A stretch of DNA of 64,000 nucleotides from the human T2T-CHM13v2.0 reference genome, Homo sapiens. Where the stretch lies: assembly GCF_009914755.1 (NCBI RefSeq), contig NC_060947.1, one strand, 5' to 3'. Positions 1-13,199 of the stretch are shown here, piece by piece. Position numbers and translations under genes: made by a program. The notes below the pieces were generated by a model. The model had not been told where the DNA came from and did no database searches. It was given only the letters and a program-made list of their open reading frames with translations. Position 1 is the stretch's first letter. Each line of letters begins with the position of its first letter.

Positions 1-901
1 ACCCCTTCTATAAATGTGCCCCTGATTCTCCTGCTAAAAGTCATCTCCCTTTGAGTCTTTATGTTTATGATTAAGGGGTTGGATTCCTTGCATGATTGTC
101 TGAATTTGTGTGCAGTCCTGACATGCTAAAAAATGCAACTTCAGAGGGTTCTGCTAGGGTCATTTTACTGCAGCCATTTTGCTATTTCTTTTGGTAATGT
201 GATAGGGACTCATTTCTCTAATATTATAGCTTAGGGTAAGCTTCCGCAATCACTGAATTTTTCTGGATAAAGTATATTAGAAACTGCCAGCTTAAATCTA
301 ATAGATATCTAATATCTGGCACCCAGAATTAGTTGCATCCTCCAGTAGCCACTTGGTATGAATATAGACCTGAAATTAGCAAATTGTTCAAAGATTAGTC
401 ACTTGGATATTTCTATCTTAAAATTTGCAATGAAGCTCTGTTTTAAAAGACACAATTTTTCTACTGTTAGTCACAGTTTGTAAGTACAATTCATCCATAG
501 TTTTAGAGTGAGTTAATATTGCCTTTTGTCCTGATTTTTATTTTTCATAAACTTTTATTTTTATTCATTTTCTTCAGCTGGTATTCTTCTTCACATACTA
601 GAAAGAGACAAATAAGCCTAAAATTACAGCAGGAAAAAATGTACAATTACAGCATCTCAGAAGTGGAAAGAGTCTTAGATCTAGTAGTGCAATCTTCCAC
701 AAAATAGAGGAATCATTTCAACATTATCCCTGTGAGATGCGTCATCCAACCTTTGCATATCTCTGGTGTTGAACAGCTCACTATTTCCAAAAGCAGCTTC
801 TTTCATCTGATGACAATTCTTCCTTCTATTGAGCTGAAACCAGCCTCCCTGTGGCTTTCACCTACAAGTCCCAGCTCTACCACCTGCAAACACACAGTCC
901 C

Positions 902-1295
902 TGTCTTAGTCCATTCATGCTTCTATCACAATATACCATAGACTGGGTAATTTATAAATGAAATAAATTTATTTCTTACAGCTATGGAACCTGGGAAGTA
1001 AAATATCCAGTTGCTGGCATTTAGTTCCTAGTGAGGGCACTCTTGCTGCATCCTCATATGGTGGAAGGGATTTTTTAAGGCAAAAGGGGGATAAATGATG
1101 TGCTCTCACATAATGAAGAGCAGAAGAGAACAAACCGACTCTCCCAAGCCCTTCCTTAAGAGCCCCAATCTCAGCGATAAGAGTTCTGCCCTCATGACTT
1201 AATTTTATCGCCTAAAAGCTCTACCTTTTAATACTATCACATTGGCCATTATGTTTTAGCACATGAATTTGGGAGGACACATTCAGGCCACAGCA
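902..1295 (-). mobile_element. MaLR solo LTR (MST/MLT1A-like)
   Basis: Starts tgtcttagtccatt...agactgggtaatttataaa and ends gggaggacacattcaggccacagca; TG...CA termini, ~390 bp, typical of MST/MLT1A in reverse orientation. Confidence 0.8.
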
Positions 1296-1559
1296 GACCT
1301 TGTCTTCTTCGTTACAATGACAGCTCTTCGGAGGTCTGAAGACGGAGACCACATTTCTGAACCTTCTCTTTCTTCTCTAGGCATGCTGCTCCAGCTCCTT
1401 TCAACCACTATTTATGGAACCTGAAATCCAGCTTTGTCTCCAGCCTACTTACTCCTATCCAGTTAGTCTGTTTCTCCTTTAAAGTGCACAGTCAGGTTAG
1501 AAGAGATCAGAACCATCATAACCCACTTTCAGCCATTTTGGCTTAAGGCAAAGACAGAC

Positions 1560-1957
1560 TGGATGTTCATTTAACATGTTTTACTTTCCTGCTTGTCACG
1601 CACTTAACTACATTTTCTAGCCTCTCTTGTTGCTGCGTATAGCCATTTAACTGAATTCTAGGAAATGGAATATAGGTAGAAGTGATAATTCACCACTTTT
1701 AGCCTTGGCATGTAAATACTTCCATATTTTTTCTAATCTTCCAGCTGAGTATTAACTCCCATAAAGATCTTGAGAGTCACACTTTGAGCATGGCAGAACC
1801 TCCAGTCAGTCTGAATCCCTCAGTAACTGTGTGAAGATCAGTACCTTTCTCTGTCACCACTTATTAAACTTTCTATTGGTGAAAAAAATTCACTGTGTTA
1901 AGTGACTGAGGTTTTAGAATTATGATTCAAAGCAGTTGTTGTTACCTTAGCTAAACA
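1560..1957 (+). mobile_element. Old MaLR LTR (MLT1I/J/K-like)
   Basis: Motif gccatttaactgaattctaggaaatggaatataggtagaagtgat and 3' end ctgtgttaagtgactgaggtttt...ttagctaaaca resemble old MLT1 LTRs. Confidence 0.55.
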
Positions 1958-2674
1958 AACACACAATAGCTTTTATAGCTACACTTTCCACTGCTGAGCT
2001 TTTCTGAAACACCTTCTTCCCTTACTTTTCCTCACATACCAATGCCACCCCAGAATTTCCCATTCTGTGCCTGTGCAATTGTCAAGACCAAATGGCAGCT
2101 TCACATAAACCTCTCTTCAATTCCATCTGGTTCTACTCAATCTACCATTGTGTAGCCTGTGGACATGTTCTGGGATCCTGAGTGTATTTTCTAATTCATT
2201 TATTCTACACTCCCTGCCCCAGTTTTTTATCATCTGCAATTGTTTTATGCTATTAAAGTCCTCACCAAAAATTATTAATAAAAATATTGAGTCAGAGTTA
2301 AGGACCAACACCTGCAGCACACTTTAAAAAACCTCCAACTAGGTTGACATAATTGACTCTGCTTGGTTATGAGGCTTTAGCCATTCACAAATCTTCGCTA
2401 CACTGTCAAGTGCATTCTTTCTCAATCATATCAATAGAAATATCCTTAGATATTTGCCAAACACTAGACCAAAATTGAGATACTCTCTAAACAACAGACT
2501 ATATTAAACTTTTAGTCTGGTAATCTGTGTAATAAAACCAATGACTTAAGTTCAGTGTAAAATGCATAGAGAGTGCATTGCTGCCTCTTATTGTTGATCA
2601 CTTACCTTTATGAGATTGCAAAACTGTCACATATCTATATTTCAAAATTAATTTAAAGTAATTAAAACATTGAT

Positions 2675-2820
2675 CTGGGACTGAAGAGATCTGTATTCTG
2701 GTTTGTCACCACTACCTGACTGTGCGACCATAAACAATTCCTTTCACTTCTGCATCCATAAGCTATGAAATAGAGTGGATATAATAAATAGCTTATAAGG
2801 TCTCCTACAACTTTAGTTCT
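2675..2820 (+). mobile_element. MIR/MIR3 SINE fragment
   Basis: gaagagatctgtattctgg...ccactacctgactgtgcgacc core and a taaggtctcctacaacttt 3' end. Confidence 0.5.
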
Positions 2821-2934
2821 GCTTTCCGTCAATCAATTTGGTGTATGTAGTACCAAATATGTTTGAGGGATGTTTTTCATTTTTAATTTTACCTGTCAAT
2901 GGTATTTTTCCATATTATAAAATATTTACTATAA

Positions 2935-3430
2935 AGGCTCTCTCATGCTGGGGTTAAGGCAGGTATCTGTGAACATAGATGAATAAAAAGTACATTTTTT
3001 ACTTTTACTAACGTTTAACTGAAACTTAGCTCTCCCTTCAATTATGAATGTAAGCAACAAATCAGAATAGTTTTGATAATGTCTGAGTTCTATAGTCAGT
3101 AGAAATTACAAAATGGTCACATCACACTACTGTTGTTGCACATATCTTGGAATATCATGTTTGCTCATCACTACTTTGAAATTGTGGTGGTTATTAAACC
3201 TATAATTAGATCTTGCTATTTAGTGCACTAATAAAGAAATATATGTATATTTCTTTATCACAAACTTTGTTTTGTACAATTTGATAAGTACTTTTAAATA
3301 CAATTTGTTTTCATTGTAATCTTCTATATTTTATTTTATCCATTCAAAGTATTATTCTAAGAAGGGTCAGTACATTATATCAGACTGCCAAAAGCATCTA
3401 TGTTGCAAAGTAACTACAGAAATGACCTAC
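2935..3430. mobile_element. hAT-Charlie-like DNA transposon remnant
   Basis: taactgaaacttagc...ttcaattatgaatgtaagcaacaaa...catcactactttgaaatt...cagactgccaaa resembles recalled Charlie4-type consensus. Confidence 0.4.
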
Positions 3431-3664
3431 TAGGTTAATGCTCAGTTCATGCTAAGGAGAACAAAACAAATGCTCAAAGGGAATTATACAAAATAAAACA
3501 AAATGGGCCAACGTTCAAATTGCTTTTTGTTCATCTTCCAATGTTACCAAATTTCTCACTTCTCCACCAGGACCTAATTGTCTTCATGATGCCCATGAGT
3601 GTCTTTACCCAGACAGGGTTGTGTACAGTAGACATCTATAAAAGAAAAGAAGGAAAAATAAAAA

Positions 3665-3880
3665 ATAATACTGAGCACTTACTATGTGCCAAACACTTTC
3701 ATAGAAACTATGTCAATGACTTATTTCCTTATCTTTAAGAGGAAGTATGATTTTTCCCATCTTACGGTTGAAAAAATGATGCTGAGAAATTTTATGGGCT
3801 CTGCACAGTATGACACAACTTATGAGTGAATGAGATGAAATTAGACCCTAATGATTTTTAAATATGAAGTCTCCTTCCAT
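3665..3880 (-). mobile_element. MIR SINE
   Basis: ctgagcacttactatgtgccaaacact ... cccatcttacggttgaaaaaatgatgctgagaaa, the reverse MIR core. Confidence 0.6.
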
Positions 3881-4026
3881 ATATTCAGGCTGTATTTTAT
3901 TACTAAAAATAATCAATACTTGACCATCTCCAATGTATGTTTGAAGCCCTTCTCTCAATGAACATTACCAGCATCTCTAAAAGGTCAATATTTTCTCCAT
4001 TTTACACATGCAGAAAATGGAAAATT

Positions 4027-7000
4027 GATTCCCAGGCAAGACGGCTGAATAGGAAGAGCTCTGGTCTGCAGCTCCAGGCAAGACCAATGCAGAAGGCAAG
4101 TGATTTCTGCATTTCCAACTGAGGTACCTAGTTCATCTCATTGGGACTGGTTAGACAGTGGGTGCAGCCCATGGAGGGTGAACAGAAGCAGGGTGAGGTG
4201 TCATCTCATCCAGGAAGTGCAAGGGGTCAGGGAACTCCCTCCCCTCGCCAAGGGAAGCTGTGAGGGACTGCTCCATGGGGGACAGTGCTATCCGGCCCAG
4301 ATACTATGTTTTTCCCACAGTCTTCACAACCTACAGACCAGGAGATTCCCTTGGGGGCCTACACCACGAGGGCCCTGGATTTCAAGCACAAAACTGGGTG
4401 GCTGTTTGGGCAAATGCAGGAGTATTTTCTCATACCCCAGTGGCACCTGGAACACCAGAGAGACAAAACTGTACACTTCCCTGGAAAGAAGGCTGAAGCC
4501 AGGGATCCAAGTGGTCTTGCTCAGTGGATGCCACTCCCTCAGATCCCAACAAACCAAGGTCCACTTGCTTGAAATTATCGCGGCCAGCACAGCAGTCTGA
4601 AGTCAACCTGGGATGCTCAAGGTTGGTGGGGGGAGGGGCATCCGCCATTACTGAGGCTTGAGTAGGCAGTTTTCCCCTCAGAGTGTAAATAAACAAAGCC
4701 ACCAGGAATTTCAAATTGGGCGGAGCCCACCACAGCGCAGCAAAGGCTCTGTAGTCAGACTGTGTCTCTAGATTCCTCCTCTCTGGACAGGGCAACTCTG
4801 AAAGAAAGGCAGCAGCCCCAGTGAGAAGCTTGTAGATAAAACTTCAATCTTCCTGGGACAGAGCAGTTGGGGGAAGGTGCGGCTGTAGGCGCAGCTGCAG
4901 CAGACTTAAACATACCTGCTTACTGGCTCTGCAGAGAGCAGCGGATCTTCCAGCACAGTGCTTGAGCTCTGCTAAGGGACAGACTGCCTCCTCAAGTGGG
5001 TCGCTGACCCCTGAGCCTCCTGACGAGGAGACACCTCCCAGCAGGGGTCGACAGACACCTCATACAGGAGAGCTTCAGCTGACATCTGGTGGGTGCCCCT
5101 CTGGGACAAAGCTTCCAGAGGAAGGAGCAGGCAGCAATCTTTGCTGTTCTGCAGCCTCCGCTGGTGATACCCAGGCAAACAGGATCTAGAGCGGACCTCC
5201 AGCAAACTCCAGCAGACCTTCAGAAGAGGGGCCCGACTGTTAAAGGAAAATTAACAAAGAGAAAGCAATATCATCAACATCAAAAAAAAAAAAAGGATGA
5301 AGAGGAGAAAACCCCATTTGAAGGTCACCAACATCAAAGACCAAAGTTAGATAAATCCACGAAGATGAGGATAAAACAGCACAAAAAGGCTGAAAATTTC
5401 AAAAATCATAGTGCCTCTTTTCTTCAAAAGGAACACAACTCCTCACCAGCAAGGGAAAAAAACTGGATGAAGAATGAGTTTGATGAATTGACAGAAGTAG
5501 GCTTCAGAAGGTGGGTAATACCAAAATCCTTTGAGTTAAAGGAGCATGTTCTAACCCAATACAAGGAAGCAAAGAACCTGATAAAGGCTTACAGGAAATG
5601 CTAACTAGAATAACCAGTTTAGAGAAGAATGTAAATGACCTAATGGAGCTTAAAAACACAGCACGAGAACTTCGTGAAGCATACACAAATGTCAATAGCC
5701 GAATCGATCAAGCAGAAGAAAGGATATCAGAGATTGAAGTTCAACTTAATGGAATAAAGCAAAGCATGAAGACAAGATTAGAGAAAAAGGAATGAAAAGG
5801 AAAGAACAAAGCCTCTGAGAAATATGGGACTACATGAAAAGACCAAACCTACATTTGATTGGTGTACCTGAAAGTGACAAGGAGAATAGAACCAAGTTGG
5901 AAAAAACACTTCAGGATATTATCCAGGAGAACTTCCTCAACCTAGCAAGAAAGGTCAACATTCAAATTCAGGAAACACAGAGCACACCACAAAGATACTC
6001 CTCAAGAAGAGCAACCCCAAGACACATAATTGTCATATTCATCAAGGTTGAAATGAAGGAAAATATGTTAAGGGCAGCCAGAGAGAAAACTCTAGTTAAC
6101 CAAAAAGGGAAGCCCATCAGAATAACAGCAGATCACTCTGCAGAAACCCTACAAGACAGAAGAGGGTGGGGGTCAATATTCAACATTCTTAAAGAATTTT
6201 CAACACAGACTGTCATACCCAGCCAAACTAAGCTTCATAAGTGAAAGAGAAGTAAAACCTTGTACAGACAAGCAAATGCTGAGGAATTTTGTCACCACCA
6301 GGCCTGCCTTACAAGAGCTCCTGAAGGAAACACTAAATATGGAAAGGAAAAACCTGTAGCAGCCACCACAAAAATATACCAAAATGTAAAAACCATCAAT
6401 ACTATGAAGAAAGAACATCAACTAATGGGCAAAATAACCAGATAGAATCATAATGACAACATCAAATTTACACATAACAATATTAACCTTAAATATAAAT
6501 GGGCTAAATGCCCCCAATTAAAAGGCACACACTAGCAAATCGGATAAAGAGTCAAGACCCATCGGTGTGCAGTATTCAAGAGACCCATCTCACATTCAAA
6601 GACACACATAGGCTCAAAATAAAGGGATAGAGGAATATTTACCAAGCAAATGAAAAGCAAAAAACAGCAGAGGTTGGAATTCTAGTCTCTGATAAAACAG
6701 ACTTTAAATCAACAAAGATCAAAAAAGAAAAAGAAGGGCATTACATAATGGTAAAGGGATCAGTACAACAAGAAGAGCTAACTAACCTAAATATATATAC
6801 ATCCAATACGAGAGCACCCAGATGAATAAAGCAAATTCTTAGAGACCTACCAAGAGACTTAGACTCCAACACAATAAAAGTAGGAGATTTTAAGACCCCA
6901 CTGTCAATATTAGACAGATCAAAGAGATAGAAAACTGAGGATATTCAGGACTGGATCTCGGCTCTGGACCAAGCAAACTTGATAGAAATTTGTAGAAATA

Positions 7001-10000
7001 CCCACACAACATCAACAGAATATACATTTTTTTGCAGCACCACATAGCACTTATTCTAAAATTGATGACATAGTTTGAAGTAAAATCCTCCTCAGCAAAT
7101 GCAAAAGAATGGAAATCATAACAAACCATCTCTCACACCACAGTGCAATCAAATTAGAACGCAGGATAAGGAAACTCACTCAAACTGGACCCCTTCCTTA
7201 CACCTTATACAAAAATTAACTCAAGCTGAATTAAATATTTAAATGTAAGACATAAAACCACAAAAACTCTAGAAGAAAACCTAGGCAATACCATTCAGGA
7301 AATAGGCATGGGCAAAGACTTCATGACAAAAACACCAAATGCCATGGCTACAAAACCCAAAATTGACAAATGGGATCTATTTAAACTAAAGAGCTTCTGC
7401 AAAGCAGAAGAAACTATCTTCAGATTGAACAGGCAACCTACAGAATGGGAGAAAATTTTTGCAATCTATTCATCTGACAAAGCACTAATACCCAGCATCC
7501 ACAAAGAGCTTAAACAAATTTACAGGAAAAAACAACCCCATCAAAAAGTGGGTGCAGAATATGAACCGACACTTCTCAAAAGACATTTATGCAGCCAAGA
7601 ACCATGTAATAAAAAGCTCATCATCACTGATCGTTAGAGAAATGCAAATCAAAACCACACTGAGATACCATCTCGGTCCAGTTAGAATGGCGATCATGAA
7701 AAAGTCAGAAAACAACAGAGGCTAGAGAGCATGTGGAGAAATAGGAACGCTTTTACACTGTTGGTGGAAGCGTAAATTAGTTAAACCGTTGTGGAAAACA
7801 GTGTGGCAATTCCTCAAGGATCTAAAACCAGAAATACTATTTGACCTAGAAATCCCATTAATGGATATATACCCAAATGAATATAAATCATTCTATTGTA
7901 AAGACACATGCACATGTATGTCCGTTGCAGCACTATTCACAACAGCAAAGACATGGAATCAATCTAAATTCCCATCAATGATAGACTGGATAAAGAAAAT
8001 GTGGCACATATACACCATGGAATACTATGCAGCCATAAAAAAGGATGAGTTCATGTTCTTGCAGGGACATGCATGAAGCTGGAAACCATCATTCTCAGCA
8101 AATTCACACAAGAAAAGATAACCAAACACTGCATGTTCTCACTCATAAGTCGGAGTTGAACAATGAGAACACATGTACCCAAGGAGGGGAGAATCTCACA
8201 CCAGGTACTGTCAGAGGCTGTGGGGCTAGGGGAGGGAGAGCATTAGGAGAAATGCCTAATGTATATGACATGTTGATGGGTGCAGTAAGCCACCATGGAA
8301 CCTGTATACTTACATAACAAACCTGCATGTTCTACACGTGTATCCCAGAACTTAAAGTATAATATAAATAAATATATAAAGTATTAAATTGTTGGGAAAA
8401 AAAGAAAAAACTCACTCAACACCGCACAACTACAAGGAAACTGAACAACCTGCTCTTGAACGACTACTGGGTAAATAATGAAATTAAGGCCAAAATAAAT
8501 AAATTCTTTGAAACGAATGAGAACAAAAACACAATGTGCCAGAATCGCTGGGACACAGCTAAAGCAGTGTTTGAGGGAAATTGATAAAACTAAATGCCCA
8601 CATGAGAAAGCAGGAAAGATCTAAAATCGACACCCTAACATCACAATTAAAAGAACTAGAAAAGCAAGAGCAAACAAATTCAAAAGCTAGCAGAAGACAA
8701 GAAATAACTAAGATCAGAGCATAACTGAAGGAGATACACACATACACACAAACACACACAAAAAAAAACCTTCAAAAAATCAAGGAATCCAGGAGCTGGC
8801 TTTTTGAAAAGATTAACAAGATAGATAGACTTCTAGCCAGAATAATAAAGAAGAAAAGAGAGAAGAATCAAATAGACACAACAAAAACGATAAAGGAAAT
8901 ATCACTGCTGATCACACAGAAATACAAACTACCATCAGAGAATACTATAAACACCCCTATGCAAATAAATCAGAAAATGTAGAAGAAATGGATAAATTCT
9001 GGGAAACATACATCTTCCAAAGACTAAACCAGGAAGAGGTCGAATCTCTGAGTAGAACAAAAACAAGTTCTGAAATTGAGTCAGTAATTAATAGACTACC
9101 AACCAAAAAAATCCCAGGATCAGACAGATTCACAGCCAATTTATACCAGAGGTACAAAGAGGAGCTGGTACCTTTTCTTCTAAAACTATTCTAAACAATA
9201 AAAAAGAGGGACTTTTCCCTAAATCATTTGATGAGGCCAGCATCATCCCAATACCAAAACCTAACAGACACACAACATCAACAAAAAAAAATTTCACGCC
9301 AATATTCCTCATGAACATTGATGTGAAAATCCTCAATAAACTACTGGCAAATTGATCCCAGCAGCACATTATAAAGCTTATCCACCAAGATCAAGGCGGT
9401 TGCATTCCTGTGATGCAAGGCTGATTCAACATATGCAAATCAATAAACTTAATTCATCACATAAACAGAACCAGTGACAAAGACAACATGATTATCTTAA
9501 TAGATGTAGAAAAGGCCTTCAATAAAATTCAACACCCTTTCATGCTATAAACACTCAGTGAACTAGGTATTGATGGAAAGTATCTCAAATTAATAAGAGC
9601 TATTTATGACAAGCTCACAGCCAATATCATACTGAATGGGCAAAAGCTGGAAGCATTCCCTTTGAAAACCAGCACAAGACAAGGATGCCCTCTCTCACCA
9701 CTCCTATTCAAAATAGTATTGGAAGTTCTAGCCAGGGCAATCTAGCAAGAGAAAGAAATAAGGGTATTCAAATAGGAAAATAAGAAGTCAAATTGTCTCT
9801 GTTTGCAGAAGACATGATTCTATATTTAGAAAACCCCATCATCTCAGCCCCAAAACTCCGTAAGCTGATGAGCAACTTCAGCAAAGTCTCAGGATACAAA
9901 ATCAATATGGAAAAATTACAAGCATTCCTATACGTGAATAAGAGACAAGCAGAGAGCCAAAACATGAGTGAACTGTTATTCACAATTGCTACAAAGAGAA

Positions 10001-11583
10001 TAAAATAACTAGGAATCCAACTTACAAGGTATGTGAAGGACCTCTTCAAGGAGAACTACAAACCATTGCTGAAGGAAATAAGAGACAACACAAAGAAATA
10101 GAGAAACATTCCCTGCTCATGGATAGGAAAAATCAGTATCATAAAATGGCCATACTGTCCAAAGTAATTTATAGATTCAATGCTATTCCCATCAAGCTAC
10201 CATAGACTTCCTTCACAGAATTAGAAACTCTTCTTTGAATTTCATATGGAACCAAAAACCGTATGTATAGCCAAGACAATCTTAAGCAAAAAGATCAAAG
10301 CTGGAGGCATCACCCTACCTGACTTCAAACTATACTACAAAATTACCATAACCAAAACAGCATGGTACTGGTACCAAAACAGATATATAGACAAATGGAA
10401 CAGAACAAAGGCCTCAGAAATAACACCAAACATCTACAGCCATCTGATCTTTGCCAAAACTGAAAAACAAGCAATGATGAAAGGATTTCCTATTTAATAA
10501 ATGGTTTTGGAAAAACTGACTAGTCATGTGCAGAAAACTGAAACTGGACCCCTTCCTTACACCTTATACAAAAATTAACTCAATATGGATTAAATATTTA
10601 AATGTATGACTTAAAACCACAAAAACCCTAGAGGAAAACCTAGGCAAGACCATTCACAACATAGTCATGGGCAAAGACTTCATGACAAAAAACACAGAAT
10701 CTACAAGGAACTTAAATTTACAAGAAAAAAACAAACAACCCATCAAAAAGTGGACAAAGTATATGAACAGACACTTCTCAAAAGAAGACATTTATGTGGC
10801 AAAAAAACACATGAAAAACAGCTCATCATGTCTGGTCGTAAGAGAAATGCAAATCAAAACCTCAATGAGATACCATGTTACGCCAGTTAGAATGGCAACC
10901 ACTAAAAAGTCAGGAAACAACAGATGCTGGAGAGGATGTGGAGAAATAGGAAGACTTTTACACTGTTGGTGTGAGTGTAAATTAGTTCAACCATTGTGGA
11001 ACACAGTGTGGTGATTCCGCAAGGATCTAGAATCAGAAATTCCATTTAACCCAGCAACCCCATTACTGGGTATACACCCAAAGGATTATAAATCATCCTA
11101 CTGCAAAGACACATGCTCACGTATGTTTATTGCAGCACTATTCACAATAGCAAAGACTTGGAACTAACCCAAATGCCCATCAATGATAGACTGAATAAAG
11201 AAATGTGGCACATATACACCATGGAATACTATGCAGCCATAAAAAACAATGAGTTCACGTCCTTTGCAGGGATTTGGGTGAAGCTGAAAACCATCATCCT
11301 CAGCAAACTAACACAGTAACAGAAACCCAAACACCACATGTACTCAATGACAGGTGGGAGTAGAACAATGAGAACATATGGACACAGGGATGGGAACATC
11401 ACACACTGGGACCTGCTGGGGGGTGGGTCAAGGGGAGGGATAGCATTAGGAGAAATACCTAATATATATGATGGGTTGATGGGTGCAGCAAACCACCATG
11501 GCACATGTATACCTGTGTAACAAACCTGCATGTTCCTCACATGTATTTCAGAACTTAATATATAACAAAAAAAAAAGAAAAGG
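4027..11583 (+). mobile_element. Full-length, inactivated L1PA (about L1PA7/8) LINE-1 containing a nested L1
   Basis: 5'UTR start gattcccaggcaagacggctgaatagg; broken ORF1 (5089-6244 fragments, KRPNLHLIGVPE) and ORF2 (from ~6452; SLFAEDM RT motif, many stops and frameshifts); 3'UTR and A-tail; perfect TSD aaatggaaaatt at 4015-4026 and 11584-11595; internal deletion near 10693. Confidence 0.95.
7184..8407 (+). mobile_element. 5'-truncated L1PA (~1.2 kb) inserted in ORF2 of the full-length L1
   Basis: Host ORF2 jumps to L1 3' sequence (actggaccccttcc), runs through 3'UTR and A-tail, then resumes; TSD aaactcactcaa at 7172-7183 and 8408-8419. Confidence 0.93.
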
Positions 11584-12039
11584 AAATGGAAAATTACTTG
11601 CCAAGTATTCAGTAGAGCGAAGAATTTAATCATGGTTCAAGGCAAATGCCCCAGTTCCCACCATGTCATCTGTATTCTAGCCAGCAGAAGAGGGAGCCAC
11701 TTAGAAGCTACTTATGTCATTTTTTTTTTCAAATCTATTTTCCAATTATTAGTCACATAGCCATACCTACATCCAAAGGAGGAAGGAGGAGCAAAAATCT
11801 AAAATTTTGTTGAGTGACCACATACCAGCTAAAATTTGTATTGCCATTTAATCAGAGAATATAAATATAAGAGGATAATTAGCAGTCTCTGCTACAGGTG
11901 GGTATTTTTTTCAGATGTGGAAACTAAAACTCAAAGAGATGAAGTAATTTGCCTAATGACTATTCTCTAGTAAGTGACAAAACTAGGATTCCAATCCTAG
12001 TCTGAGTGGCTGTGAAGTTTCTGTTTTTCAACAGAATAT

Positions 12040-12830
12040 TTGGGCAAAAAAACAATCAGTGAACTTGAAGAAAATAAAATTTAAATTAGAAATTCAGAGG
12101 AGCAGAGAAATAAATGAATACAGAAAAGTTAGAACTTGCAGGACTTGAGGGACACCATCAAATGGACAAACATACATATAATGAGACTCTCAGAAGAAGA
12201 GAGAGAGAAATAGGCAAAAAAGATTGTTTGAAGAAAGAATAATGAAAAACTTCTCAAATTTGAGCAAAGACATGAATTTACCAAAAACTAGGATAAACCA
12301 AAAGAGAATTACATGAAGAAATTAACAAACCCTGTATAGTTGGATATACGAGTGTCAGTTTAGATATAATGATACAAATAAGTTGAAAGTGAAAGGATGA
12401 AAGAAGATATCCATGTTAACAGTAATCAAAAGAAAGCTGGGTTGGCTTTACTAATATCAGACAAAATAGACTTTGAGTAAAAAACTGTTAGAGTAGACAA
12501 AAACTGATATTATATAACAATAATAAGGTTAATTCACTAAGTAGATATGACAATTATAAACACATACACATCGAAATTAATGTTCTGAAACACGAAGCAA
12601 ATATTTTTTAATTGACAGAATAAGAGGGAAATAATACACTTATACATGAATACTAGGGAACTTCAATACACCAATTTCAATAACAGATAGAAAACTCACC
12701 ATAAACCAATTAGATTTAACAGACATATACAGAACATCCCACTCAACAACATCAGACTACACATCTTTCTCAAGTGCACAGGAAACATTTTCCAAGTTAA
12801 ATATTTCCTCCAAATGCGTTGAAAATAACA
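12040..12830 (+). mobile_element. Old L1M fragments (ORF1 / endonuclease region)
   Basis: Degenerate L1 motifs, e.g. ctaatatcagacaaaatagacttt and acatctttctcaagtgcacaggaaacatttt. Confidence 0.7.
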
Positions 12831-12900
12831 TCAATTTTATAATTTTTGATTCAACTGCCAAATATAATTTATAAGACTCAAGAGAAAAATAGTCCATTTT

Positions 12901-13194
12901 GGCTGGGCACGGTGGCTCACACCTGTAATCCCAGCACTTTGGGAGGCCGAGGCGGGTGGATCACCTGAGGTCAGGAGTTTGAGATCAGCCTGACTAACAT
13001 GGTGAAACCTCGTCTCTACTAAAAATACAAAAATCACCCGGGTGTAGTGGCAGGCAACTGTAATCCCAGCTACTCAGGAGGTTGAGGCAGGAGAATTGCT
13101 TGAACCCGAGACACAGAGCTTGCAGTGAGGCAAGATCGCACCATTGCACTCCAGTCTGGCCGACAGACTGAGACTCTGTCAAAAAAAAAAAAAA
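12901..13194 (+). mobile_element. AluS SINE
   Basis: Full dimer ggctgggcacggtggctcac...gagactctgtc plus A-tail; cacctgaggtcaggagttt pattern indicates AluS. Confidence 0.95.
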
Positions 13195-13199
13195 GTCTG

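Larger units (their letters stand above)
650..2600 (-). mobile_element. Ancient L3/CR1-type LINE remnant, interrupted by two MaLR LTRs
   Basis: Segments resemble the reverse complement of L3 ORF2/3' end, e.g. ctattgagctgaaaccagcctccctgtggctttcacc (~826-862) and tcatctgcaa (~2230; antisense reads xADD, as in the RT FADD motif) followed by attattaataaaaatattgag...aggaccaacacctg. Similarity resumes after each LTR. Boundaries approximate. Confidence 0.6.

Noticed and set aside
4027-11583. Retrotransposition-competent L1
   Set aside because: ORF1 and ORF2 contain multiple stops and frameshifts, a nested insertion and a deletion; the 5' YY1-type motif reads caagacggc rather than caagatggc.
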